From a virus (taxonomy: Duplodnaviria; Caudoviricetes), in IMG/VR virus record IMGVR_UViG_3300017784_007148, positions 1-25,327 of that record: DNA of 25,327 nt. The stretch is one strand, 5' to 3'. Below are positions 7,793 through 17,126 of this stretch, piece by piece. Below the pieces are notes generated by a model, which was not told the origin of the DNA, ran no database searches, and saw only the letters and a program-made list of their open reading frames with translations. Within the stretch, counting starts at the first letter, position 1, and the number at the start of each line of letters is the position of its first letter. Position numbers and translations under genes: made by a program.

Positions 7793-8139
7793 TAAAAGCT
7801 ACCCCCATCTAGGTCCATTTGTTTTACAACATATTTATTGTTTGCTGTATTATACACCAGAGTGCTGTTATTCGCTGGAGGATTGGTTGACAAAACTACG
7901 TCAGAGATTGTAGCAATTGTTAAGTTGGCAACTGCATTAGCGGCATACGCTACAGCATTCGCGTAAGTCGTAGCATCATTAGCTAACATAACAGCTGTAT
8001 TGGAATAACTGCTGATATCTGAAATTGCCGCTGTCACAACAACTGGAACGGTTGCTGGAGCAATCAACAACGAACCGTTTTGATTTACAACTTTTACCTT
8101 GTATTGGTTACTTATAATAGATTTTATGGTGTAAGACAT
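7792..8139 (-). CDS. Small virion protein / fibre adaptor ending in LDGGSF
   Basis: 115 aa; ISDV....PANNSTLVYN...KYV motif typical of fibre segments; TAATG overlap with the next gene. Confidence 0.7.
   Translation of the reverse strand: MSYTIKSIISNQYKVKVVNQNGSLLIAPATVPVVVTAAISDISSYSNTAVMLANDATTYANAVAYAANAVANLTIATISDVVLSTNPPANNSTLVYNTANNKYVVKQMDLDGGSF
7832..7839 (-). promoter_or_regulatory. Possible late promoter (AATAAATA) about 40 nt upstream of the 989-aa fibre gene
   Basis: Motif match inside coding sequence (NNKY); could be chance in AT-rich DNA. Confidence 0.35.
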
Positions 8140-8140
8140 T

Positions 8141-8467
8141 TTACCTGGTCACTTGTGGTGTAACAGTAACGATTCCTTCAACAATACGAGAACGAATGCC
8201 TGAAGCATCTTCGACCTCGACATCATAAACATAACGCCCAGCTGTAATGTTGCTGGTGGTAGCTGCATTCATTGATAAACTGACGCCTCCATTACTGGAA
8301 AGACTAACCGAAAATACAAAAGAATTAGAAGAAGAATAAGACTTTCTCATTTGAGAGTTAGCACTATAAGAAGTGAAATTGATAGGTTCGTCTAAGTTGT
8401 CGTGGATAATATACGTTGTATTGAACGTAGTTCCTTGATCAATAACTATGTTTACTTTATTGGCCAT
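8141..8467 (-). CDS. Conserved small beta-sandwich virion protein (BppU-N/LtfC-like fibre-anchoring adaptor)
   Basis: 108 aa; IDQGTTF...SQMRKSY...GRYVYDVE...RIVEGIVTVTPQVTR, a pattern common next to fibre genes in T4-like phages. The fold is inferred. Confidence 0.7.
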   Translation of the reverse strand: MANKVNIVIDQGTTFNTTYIIHDNLDEPINFTSYSANSQMRKSYSSSNSFVFSVSLSSNGGVSLSMNAATTSNITAGRYVYDVEVEDASGIRSRIVEGIVTVTPQVTR

Positions 8468-8476
8468 TTAACTTTC

Positions 8477-10087
8477 TCACACTATTGATGTTCGAACAAA
8501 TCTGACAACGACATTTGCTGATGTTGGTGTCAGCTGCAGTGCAATGTTACCACCATTGATGATTGCGTCAAACAGACCCATCTGGGAAGAGTTAAAGATC
8601 GTGCCATACTCTGTTAGATACGGTGTTGATCCATCGTGTACCAGTAGTATCTTGGTCAGTTGGAAGCGTGCAGGTGTCGTTGTTGCGTCAGAAAGCTGCA
8701 CTGTGTACTCGTATGAACGATAGAGAGACGCCGACACAGTATCGACGTTTGCAGCAACACTGCTGTTATTGAACGTATAGTTATTAGCAAACTGATGGGC
8801 AACTGAGTTGATTAGTATTGTACCTGCTGTAGCAACATTGGACGAAAGAGTCGTCACCCCAGCTACTGTTAAAGTATTAGAAAGTGTGGCATTTCCAGTA
8901 ACAGTAATAGTATTACTGAATGAGGAGTTTCCAGTTACGGCGATTGTATTAGAAACACTAATAGCTGCATTAACTGAAACAGTTGTGGCGTTTACAGTCA
9001 TCTTCTGAGCACCGGCAGCAGCAAAGGCAAGAGTTGCTGTTGCTGATCTGAATAATCCAGTGTCTGTATTACCAGAGAAAGTAATCGAAGGCGCGCCAAC
9101 TGAACCGGCAGGAACGAATGCTATATTTGATATTATTACATTATTTGAGTTTGTATTCGATACGAAGGATTGATTCCAGTAATCAGTTGTATTACCCAAA
9201 TTGAATGTGTTATTTGAAGAAGGAAGTAGATTGTTTGCGAAGCTAGTTGTACCAGTAACAATAAGATTTATTGTATTTACTGTTGTACCAATAAAATTGT
9301 TTGAAAACACCGATGCAAAACGATTAGTGGTGTTGCCTAAATTGAAAAAGTTATTGGAACCAGGTATGATATCCCCGCCAGTTGTGCCAGCATACGCTAG
9401 GTTACCACCAATTGAAACGCTACCCTCAATTCTTAAATCGCCGGCAATATTACTTGTTACTGCGCCTCTAACATTGAGTTGGTTAACGTTAGCAATACCG
9501 CCCACGATTATTGAGTTTGAGAAATTCGTATTACTTACGAAAACTGTATTGGTCGTATTAGCAAGAAGTGTAGTAACTGTACTATTACCAGTTATCGTAA
9601 AGGAAGCAAAAGTTGCGTTAGCTTTTAGTGTTGTATTGCCAGTGATAGTGACTACAGAGTTGGCATTCAGGGACGTGGAGGTAACATTGGTCGTGGAAGC
9701 ATTGATGTTAAGAAAACTTCCACCAAAAACAATGTTACCTCCAGTAGCAACTACAGAAAATAAGTTTGTTACTGATGTTACGCTAGAAGTTACCGAGTTA
9801 ACAGCAAAAGTTACTAAACTAGAACCAGTATATGTGAAGGCTGTATTAGTTAAAAGGTTTAATGTGTTACCACCAGCCAGTGATCCACCAGCAATACCAG
9901 TGTAAGCAACTAAAGTGTTTGCACCAAAGTAACCATTGACGTAACCATTACCACTAGAAATCGATCCACCACCAGTAGCATCAACAGTTACTGCGTTTTG
10001 TGAAGCAATGGATGTGAGTGTGTTTGTCTTGGTAAGCCAAGAACCAAAAGTATCTGTCGTTAAAACATTGGCTACGGTAATAGTCAT
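8477..10087 (-). CDS. Fibrous virion structural protein (whisker/short-fibre-like)
   Basis: 536 aa; N-terminal TDTFGSWLTKTN; GSVGAPSITFSGNTDTGLF motif; 12-aa beta repeats (SNTI.VTGN); C-terminal YRSYEY...LVHDG...TEYG domain known from cyanomyovirus-type structural proteins. Confidence 0.7.
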   Translation of the reverse strand: MTITVANVLTTDTFGSWLTKTNTLTSIASQNAVTVDATGGGSISSGNGYVNGYFGANTLVAYTGIAGGSLAGGNTLNLLTNTAFTYTGSSLVTFAVNSVTSSVTSVTNLFSVVATGGNIVFGGSFLNINASTTNVTSTSLNANSVVTITGNTTLKANATFASFTITGNSTVTTLLANTTNTVFVSNTNFSNSIIVGGIANVNQLNVRGAVTSNIAGDLRIEGSVSIGGNLAYAGTTGGDIIPGSNNFFNLGNTTNRFASVFSNNFIGTTVNTINLIVTGTTSFANNLLPSSNNTFNLGNTTDYWNQSFVSNTNSNNVIISNIAFVPAGSVGAPSITFSGNTDTGLFRSATATLAFAAAGAQKMTVNATTVSVNAAISVSNTIAVTGNSSFSNTITVTGNATLSNTLTVAGVTTLSSNVATAGTILINSVAHQFANNYTFNNSSVAANVDTVSASLYRSYEYTVQLSDATTTPARFQLTKILLVHDGSTPYLTEYGTIFNSSQMGLFDAIINGGNIALQLTPTSANVVVRFVRTSIV

Positions 10088-10090
10088 ATG

Positions 10091-10306
10091 TTACTTCTGC
10101 CCTATCAGTTGTCTCAGCAGAGACTTTATCTCTTCGATATCGGTTTTCATTTGCTCGTTTTCTTCAACGAGCTTTTTCAGCTTCATTTTTTCTTCACGTT
10201 CTTCTTTGTATTTATTCAACTCTTTTACATTCGTATTCAGTATCGCACTGCTCTGTTTTTGCCTCACTAAATCTTTATTGTTTTTTACTTTTAGAACCTC
10301 ACTCAT
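10091..10306 (-). CDS. Small conserved coiled-coil protein
   Basis: 71 aa; LVR...SSAILNTN followed by a charged helix ending IEEIKSLLRQL; fills the gap exactly. I recall similar ORFs following VrlC-like genes in T4-like phages. Confidence 0.75.
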   Translation of the reverse strand: MSEVLKVKNNKDLVRQKQSSAILNTNVKELNKYKEEREEKMKLKKLVEENEQMKTDIEEIKSLLRQLIGQK

Positions 10307-10307
10307 A

Positions 10308-12803
10308 TCAAACCTGCAGAGCCAAACATCTCATGTCTGACATTCTTGGAACAATATGATAATTATTTGAGACGAGAACGATTTTGATGGAGAAAGTTTT
10401 GAACGTATCAAATACAGCATCACCAGCGGTGATGTATCGAGAGATACCGCTGCTGGCTGCGTACTTGAAAACGCCAGACTGAGACTGTAGCCCTGGAATT
10501 TTACCAACTGCAGCGTTGGAAGAAGTGATGGAAAGATTCGAGGAAACAGTCAGTAATGACGAGTTAGTAACAGCAACAATTTTCCTTACGTTGATTTTGC
10601 CAGTTGTGTTATCAGTTACATAGATGAACTCTCCAGCACTAAACGCTGATGAAGAACTAACGTTTACAGTCGCTGAGGTTGTATTGACTGTAGCTGAGTT
10701 CGCGATTATCTCCAAAGAGGTAGGTAGTTCGTAAATCAACTCAACAAAATCTTCAGTGTTAACAAGACTACTTACCAGAGCAGAGCTTGTTGTTTCTACC
10801 ATAGCCGACCAATCTTTTGATTGTAATGCATCGCTGTCAGCACCTGATAAAACTTTTCCATAAACTTTCAGATCAGTTCCTGCAGGTCTGTATGCACTCA
10901 AGTAACATACCAAATCTTCAGCATCTTGTTGTTCAGCAAGAACAACGTTTTTGGAAATATAACGTGTCGCGCTCGAGTAACTATTTCCAATTTCATCAAA
11001 AGATGTTATCGACGAGATAGTTGTATTTACAGCAAGATTAGCATTGTAGATGGTTGTGTTTGCGATACCAAACTCAGCGACTGATGATGCATTCGAGGAG
11101 GAAACATTAGTGATATACAACACAGATGAGTTGCTGAAGAAAACTGTTCCTGAAGCTGTAACAGTCGAATTAGCCTGCTGAACTGTATCTCCTATCACGA
11201 AGTCACCATTGGCGTTGCTGTAAGTTGTAATGTATCCTTCAAGAGTATTTTCAGGATAAACCAGGTTGTGTGTTGTTGTTACCGAACTTCTAATTGTGTC
11301 GATGTAAGGACTAATCTTAGAGTTGGCTGATAGTAGAGTAGCAGTAACAGTCAAAGAGCTGTTTCCAACACCAGCAGTTGGTGGGTCGGCATACTCATTA
11401 CTTCTTGACATGATTACTCGAGTCTTATCAATAAACTCATAAGGAATTTCATTTGCGATGGAGTAGCTTGAAGAGTCACTTGTTCTGCTACTATCGTTTG
11501 CTGTTCCTGAGAAAGACCAAGACGTAAATGTGAAATTCGGTTCGATGTCTGGAATGGTACAAGTAATACCTTCATACATAATATCAAAAACATCAGTGAT
11601 AACAGCTGACGCGCCTGACGTTCTTCCTATCACCAGAGCTCCCTGAGAATTGGCGAAATTCGAAGTTGCGTTAGATGACACAGATGACATTGTCAAAAAC
11701 ATATTGTCGCCACCAGTAATACTGCTGAAGTTACCTGTCAGGTTAGCATCACTTTTTACTCTACCGATGATAGCTGCAGAGTCTGTGAACAGCACATTAC
11801 CAGCAAGAGTAAGTGTTCTGTTCGTTGCATCGGCTGCAGTTATCTGAAGAATTTGTATGTTTGCGCCTGTATTCTTACCAACGTAGATAAAGTTATTCAC
11901 AGTGAAATCAGTTGTGTATGTAGTGTTCGCATCAGGAACAGTGATTATGTTACAAGCTGAGGTTGTCGAAACATTACTATACACAACTGATGGAGCGCCA
12001 TTAGATAACGTGTTAGATGTTGCACTTCTTAGTGTGTTTGCTGTATTAAAAACACCATAAGTGTTACTTAACAAAACTTTGGTAGTATTGGCAAAATAAA
12101 CAGTGCCTTTACCTGTAGCCTGATCGATGTTAGCTGTTGATGTTCCTGCTGGCTGAAACAGCTGTTCACCCAATGTAAATGTATTATTTATTGTTAGTGA
12201 AGCGATATGCATATAGTTATTTGATACTACAAGCTTCTCTTGCTTCAGATAGTCACCGATCTTGTTTGTAACAACAAGATGATCGACATTATCATTTTTG
12301 AAAACAGCTGTTGCTGATGAAGATGTGAAGTTTGCAACATAGGCAACGTACTTCATGCTTTCGTTTTGAATTGGTGTAAAATTCAAATCGTTAGATGAAA
12401 TAAACAATGATCCAAGTTGATTGTTAGTAAAAATTGGTGTATTCGTAGAAATGTCTGTTCCACCAAGCTCTCCGATCCAAACGTTGTAATCTGGGTTACC
12501 ACCAACTGGAATGACAACGATTGCAAACTGTTCGTTTGATCTAAGAAGAACAGGCGTTTCGAATGTAAACGATGTAGCCAGAGAAGCATCTGAGCTTACA
12601 TTAACCTGAGAAGAAAGTAATGTTTTAGTAGCGTATGGTAAAGCTTTACGAGTGGGAAATCCATTGCTGGTTTCTCTTATCTGCACTTCCACACCATACG
12701 TGCTGGATTTTGACTGGAAGTAAAGATCAATCTTCGTTAAAAAAACTGCTTCAACACCAGTTTCAGGTTCATTAACTATAAACGTTTGCGCAATTGGTTT
12801 CAT
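10308..12803 (-). CDS. Virion structural protein corresponding to the C-terminal part of VrlC/DUF4815-type proteins
   Basis: 831 aa; starts PIAQTF.V....VFLTKIDLYFQSK...VEVQIRE..NGFP; later RYISKNVVL and F.TFSIKIVL....VPRMSDMRCLAL; AGGAAG RBS. Confidence 0.8.
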   Translation of the reverse strand: MKPIAQTFIVNEPETGVEAVFLTKIDLYFQSKSSTYGVEVQIRETSNGFPTRKALPYATKTLLSSQVNVSSDASLATSFTFETPVLLRSNEQFAIVVIPVGGNPDYNVWIGELGGTDISTNTPIFTNNQLGSLFISSNDLNFTPIQNESMKYVAYVANFTSSSATAVFKNDNVDHLVVTNKIGDYLKQEKLVVSNNYMHIASLTINNTFTLGEQLFQPAGTSTANIDQATGKGTVYFANTTKVLLSNTYGVFNTANTLRSATSNTLSNGAPSVVYSNVSTTSACNIITVPDANTTYTTDFTVNNFIYVGKNTGANIQILQITAADATNRTLTLAGNVLFTDSAAIIGRVKSDANLTGNFSSITGGDNMFLTMSSVSSNATSNFANSQGALVIGRTSGASAVITDVFDIMYEGITCTIPDIEPNFTFTSWSFSGTANDSSRTSDSSSYSIANEIPYEFIDKTRVIMSRSNEYADPPTAGVGNSSLTVTATLLSANSKISPYIDTIRSSVTTTHNLVYPENTLEGYITTYSNANGDFVIGDTVQQANSTVTASGTVFFSNSSVLYITNVSSSNASSVAEFGIANTTIYNANLAVNTTISSITSFDEIGNSYSSATRYISKNVVLAEQQDAEDLVCYLSAYRPAGTDLKVYGKVLSGADSDALQSKDWSAMVETTSSALVSSLVNTEDFVELIYELPTSLEIIANSATVNTTSATVNVSSSSAFSAGEFIYVTDNTTGKINVRKIVAVTNSSLLTVSSNLSITSSNAAVGKIPGLQSQSGVFKYAASSGISRYITAGDAVFDTFKTFSIKIVLVSNNYHIVPRMSDMRCLALQV

Positions 12804-12818
12804 CTACTTCCTACTTCG

Positions 12819-15800
12819 TTATCTCTTAGGTGGTCCATAACCTTGACTGATCTGCGAAATGTTTCTTGGCGCATTTTCAGGTGGGCAATGTGGGTTACCA
12901 ATATCTCTATCAAAATATTGCCAAGTATTAGTTTGAACATCTTGACGATACACAGTTCTGTTCTGTTTTTCTTCTTCTATATTTATTGTGCCGGATCTGA
13001 TCTGAAGGTTAGACTTGCTTTTCTGAACAGACAAAGGAGAACAAAATAAAGTCTCAGAAGCCTGCGTTCCAACTGCGTTTTCACCAACAGTAAGATCAGG
13101 TATGTCTGTAATTCTAAACTCAAGTTCGCCTGTTTTAAAGGTGTTCGCAGGAATAGCTAGAATACCATAAGCATTACCAGAAGAATCACTAGTGATTGGG
13201 GTACCCCAATCTGCGATGGTAGCAAACTTAAAATTACCATCGTTTCTTGAGATGTAGACAAGTTTACCATCATCAGTGAAGTTATTACCACCTGATGGAA
13301 ACAATGTTCCAGTATATTGTGTCAACGGAAGAACATCCTGATCCATCACAATACCGTCAAGATAAACATAAAGTCTTACATTTGGCTTCATACCACTTGC
13401 GAAGAAAAAGATCTGTCTTGCTGGGACGTACATTTGAACAGAAACATCTGCGACATAATTACCAAGCTCAACGTTAGTGTCAGAAGTTTTAGAAGAAAAT
13501 GTTTTGTTAACTTGTTGTTGTTGCTGAGAAAGAGTTGTAGTAGTGTTGGTTTCCCAAGTTTGCAACTGCCCAGCAGCATAATTACCACCACTGTTCTGGA
13601 TCATTCTATCACTAGACTGCTGACCAGTAATTTGTTCCGGTCCATAATTCGTCCAGCTTCCATATTTTGTGCCGAACATAGAGTTTAAACTGTTAGAAAG
13701 ATTCATCCAATTGGATGAAAGATCAACACTGCTGTTGATGACAGGATTCTGAGTAATGTCAGAATCTAAAATACCAGGTGGATCAAGAACAACTTTACCA
13801 CGATAATTGAAGATGTTACCTTCAATGCAGTTTCTATACTTAGAAGCATAAGGCTGCTGCTGGTTTACATTATTGGCGGTATGTGGCATCATAATCACAT
13901 AACCCTTTTGAACTGCAGTGGAAGCTGCAGCATCAAAATTCATACCGATGGTTTGTTGACGGAAGTAAGGTCTTGCTTCTGTTTTGTTGGTGTCAATAGC
14001 AACCATATAAGCTGGATCTTGTGTGTTTCCGATCGAGTGGTTTTTAAACGGATCAACCAGAATACCATTTTTGAATCTGTTTTGACCTGTATCACCACTA
14101 CGAACCAGAAGCGAAGAAGTTGCTTGCTCGAGTAAAGACAAAGAGGTGTAGTATTCAAGTCTGTCAATACGTGTATTCAGCTTGTTGATGTCAGCCATTG
14201 TATAACGTTTCGTTTGAAGAATGCTGGTCTGAACAGCATAATCGTAACGATTATATTCTTTGGCTTCAGTTGGAGTCAGTGATGGGTAAGGAGCTACCGT
14301 AGCAACACCAATACTCATTGTTCCTGGAACTTCTGGAGGTGGCGCTGGCGACAGCGAAGGTGTACCCTCAGTGACCAGGATCTCACCACCAGTTGTAAGA
14401 GAAATTCTGTCTTTTCTTGAGAGGTAGTATTGAATTGTTGATTGATAATTTGTTCCTGGTGATGGTAGGTATGCGCCATTGGAACCATACGAATAAAGAG
14501 TCAATGTACCAGAAGGATTTACAGTTGCCGATCCAACCGAAGAAGCATTAGCAACGGCTGTGTTTACAGCATATGGTCTGAAGTCAACACTATCTCTCAG
14601 GTCGAATACATTTCCAATACTGGTTGAGTATTTTGGAATTTGCCAGATTTGAATGGCGGATGTATTTGATGTGTTTGCATCGTCAATAGGATATGAATTA
14701 GCAGTAAAGAACCCAACACCCTGAGAAGTATCTGCTACGAAATTGTCAACTGAAATAAGCAACGTTGCATTTGGTGCAATTGGTGCAGTTGTAAGAACAG
14801 AAGCTAATCCGTAGTAGCCATCTCTCTGTCCATTATCGAGCCTAAAAGAATCTGTTCTGTTAGGATTTGATGTTGAATATGTGTTTCCACCAGTAGAATC
14901 AACATAAACAGCATTCAGCTTTAGGACATCAGGAATACCAAGGCTCCAAGGACCAGTTGTTCCTCCAGCATTTGTATTGGCTTGAATTTTGATATATGTA
15001 GATTTCTTGATCGCTTTAGCAATAGGAATAGTGCTTGAGCGAAGAATATCGAAATACACTGATGCACTAAAGTTCGCGTTAGCAGTTTCGCCAAGAGCCA
15101 CATTTGCTGTTGTTGATGACGTAATATTGATTGTTCTTGAAGAGTTTTGAAAATTGATTGGAACGCCAGCTGGCCAAGTCTTTTGATGCGCAAGATTAGA
15201 AGAAGTGAATGCATAAACAGAATCAACGACCATCAATGTATTGTTGGCAATAGATCTAATCAATTTTGTTGCTGTGTTACAGAAAAAATAATCACCAACA
15301 GCATATTCAGTTAAGAATATTGTTGATGAACCAACAACATTTGAAGAAGTTGTGTTGACTGAGACATTACCAGTTCTTGTGTTACTATAGCCTGTAGCTA
15401 CTGGAATTACAATAAACGAATTCTCAGAAGTCGTGCTCAAAACTCCAGTACCATAATTGAAAGTTTCTGTTCCTGTTCCTGCAGCTGATGCAAGAGAAAG
15501 TGATAGTGAACCACTGGATGCTAGGAAACTAGCATTTGCTCTGTTTCTATAAGCAAATTGCCCTGTTGCTGAAAACCCATCTGGCTTGATAGCTTTTTGA
15601 CCGAATGGGAAAATAGCAGTCTCACCAGCTGACTCTTGAATCTTAGCAGTATTCGCGCCACTGAAATCCTTTTCAAGAATAACATCAGCGACTGCCCTCA
15701 AACTACCACTATAATAAATCAAGCTTCTTACGTCTGCGATCTTTTGACCGGCAAGAAGTGATATATTAAAGATATAAATCGAGTACTTTGCATCAACGCC

Positions 15801-17117
15801 AGGAGAACCTTCGTAGTACTCAACGCCACGAACAAAGGCAGTACCAATCTTTGTTGAAGAAGAGTACGATGTACTAAGGAATGTTTTGCTTGTTAGAGCA
15901 GTCTTAGCTAAATTATGAAGCTCTATCTCAGCAACCTGATCATTATTGAAGTCTCCAACCAATTCTGAAACATTGAAGTAGTAACCGAAATTGGCTGTTA
16001 CCAACTGATTATCTACAGTAACATAATCTGTAGCTTTACGTAGATCGGTTGTGTTGTTATTGATGAACTCTACACGATATCCCTTAACATAACCAATACC
16101 TGGTGATGATACAATATTAAGATAAGAAGTGTTTGCATTGTTTGATGTGTAGTTATATTTTTTGTCAGTGCTCAGTAGGAATGGGTTTACAATATAGTCA
16201 CCATTAGTTTCAAATGTACGACGAGCTGTATCCTTAGCAAGAGCAGCATACTGTGGATCGTTTTTGATCGATACAGGCAATCCGTTCTTGAAGTCACAAA
16301 GAGAAAAGAATGTAGAAGTGTTTGAGATGGTAGATGTATCTCTTGTTACCAGTGTAGGAACAAGCTTTAAGCGATGTGCGCCAGGAGCATCGTTGTTTGG
16401 TGAACCAGCAGCGTTATCAAGAAGTGATGTATCGATTTCTGGTGTGATGATTTCTTCGTTAGCTTCAAAACCAACAGAAACGCTATCAGGTATATTGTTG
16501 TATCTTGTAACAACAAGAGTTTGTGGCTCAACGCGAATGAAGAAACCTTTCTTGAAGATCACACCTTCGGTTGTCGTGAAGGCATAACCCTTACCTGTTG
16601 AATTGGTTACAGTAGCAGTAACTACGTTACCGATATTCACAGCTGAATCGCTCTGAATTTGTATTACTTCAGCGTTAGAGAAAACATCCTGCTGAGAACC
16701 ATTGGCAAATGTAGATGCATTTAGATACTTGATGTACAAAGTGTTCAGATTTGGATTTTCTGATTCAAAACCGGATAAAGCATTTACAACGCGAGCCTGA
16801 AGACCATTTGAGTTGAGAGCAATCTTACCTACGAAGTCATTGATATTGGAGATAGCTGAGTTGTTTGCGTAGTTATCTTTGATCTTAACGTAGCTGTATG
16901 CGTTATCGAATGTGAATGCACAACCTTCTACAACCGAGCCTTCCTTGAAAATGTGGCGACCGAACTTGTCAATCTGATCCTGCAGAATAGTCTGCATCTG
17001 ATTGAGCTCGCGAGCCTGGACAGCAGCAGCTGGTCTGTATAAAATTCTATAGAAGTTTTTTGTTACTTCGTAATCATCGAAATACGGTTTACGAGAAAGA
17101 TCTGTATCTAATGCCAT
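12819..17117 (-). CDS. Large VrlC/DUF4815-type virion (baseplate-associated) protein, N-terminal part
   Basis: 1432 aa; PYFDDY...FYRILYRP..AVQARELNQMQTILQ.QI..FG.HIFKEGS; APGAHRLK; RYTMADI..L..RI.RLEYYTSLSLLE; RFKNGILVDPF; GAGGA RBS. Confidence 0.85.
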   Translation of the reverse strand: MALDTDLSRKPYFDDYEVTKNFYRILYRPAAAVQARELNQMQTILQDQIDKFGRHIFKEGSVVEGCAFTFDNAYSYVKIKDNYANNSAISNINDFVGKIALNSNGLQARVVNALSGFESENPNLNTLYIKYLNASTFANGSQQDVFSNAEVIQIQSDSAVNIGNVVTATVTNSTGKGYAFTTTEGVIFKKGFFIRVEPQTLVVTRYNNIPDSVSVGFEANEEIITPEIDTSLLDNAAGSPNNDAPGAHRLKLVPTLVTRDTSTISNTSTFFSLCDFKNGLPVSIKNDPQYAALAKDTARRTFETNGDYIVNPFLLSTDKKYNYTSNNANTSYLNIVSSPGIGYVKGYRVEFINNNTTDLRKATDYVTVDNQLVTANFGYYFNVSELVGDFNNDQVAEIELHNLAKTALTSKTFLSTSYSSSTKIGTAFVRGVEYYEGSPGVDAKYSIYIFNISLLAGQKIADVRSLIYYSGSLRAVADVILEKDFSGANTAKIQESAGETAIFPFGQKAIKPDGFSATGQFAYRNRANASFLASSGSLSLSLASAAGTGTETFNYGTGVLSTTSENSFIVIPVATGYSNTRTGNVSVNTTSSNVVGSSTIFLTEYAVGDYFFCNTATKLIRSIANNTLMVVDSVYAFTSSNLAHQKTWPAGVPINFQNSSRTINITSSTTANVALGETANANFSASVYFDILRSSTIPIAKAIKKSTYIKIQANTNAGGTTGPWSLGIPDVLKLNAVYVDSTGGNTYSTSNPNRTDSFRLDNGQRDGYYGLASVLTTAPIAPNATLLISVDNFVADTSQGVGFFTANSYPIDDANTSNTSAIQIWQIPKYSTSIGNVFDLRDSVDFRPYAVNTAVANASSVGSATVNPSGTLTLYSYGSNGAYLPSPGTNYQSTIQYYLSRKDRISLTTGGEILVTEGTPSLSPAPPPEVPGTMSIGVATVAPYPSLTPTEAKEYNRYDYAVQTSILQTKRYTMADINKLNTRIDRLEYYTSLSLLEQATSSLLVRSGDTGQNRFKNGILVDPFKNHSIGNTQDPAYMVAIDTNKTEARPYFRQQTIGMNFDAAASTAVQKGYVIMMPHTANNVNQQQPYASKYRNCIEGNIFNYRGKVVLDPPGILDSDITQNPVINSSVDLSSNWMNLSNSLNSMFGTKYGSWTNYGPEQITGQQSSDRMIQNSGGNYAAGQLQTWETNTTTTLSQQQQQVNKTFSSKTSDTNVELGNYVADVSVQMYVPARQIFFFASGMKPNVRLYVYLDGIVMDQDVLPLTQYTGTLFPSGGNNFTDDGKLVYISRNDGNFKFATIADWGTPITSDSSGNAYGILAIPANTFKTGELEFRITDIPDLTVGENAVGTQASETLFCSPLSVQKSKSNLQIRSGTINIEEEKQNRTVYRQDVQTNTWQYFDRDIGNPHCPPENAPRNISQISQGYGPPKR

Positions 17118-17126
17118 TCTGTCCTC

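Noticed and set aside
9201-9905. 234-aa plus-strand ORF and the other plus-strand ORFs (e.g. 1931..2494, 3983..4462, 21603..22028)
   Set aside because: Antisense shadows of long minus-strand genes with low-complexity codon usage; no recognisable motifs or RBS.
12801-12821. Stop-codon readthrough or recoded genetic code joining the two VrlC-like ORFs
   Set aside because: Two different in-frame stops (TAA and TAG) and an RBS before the second ATG; all other genes are intact under the standard code.
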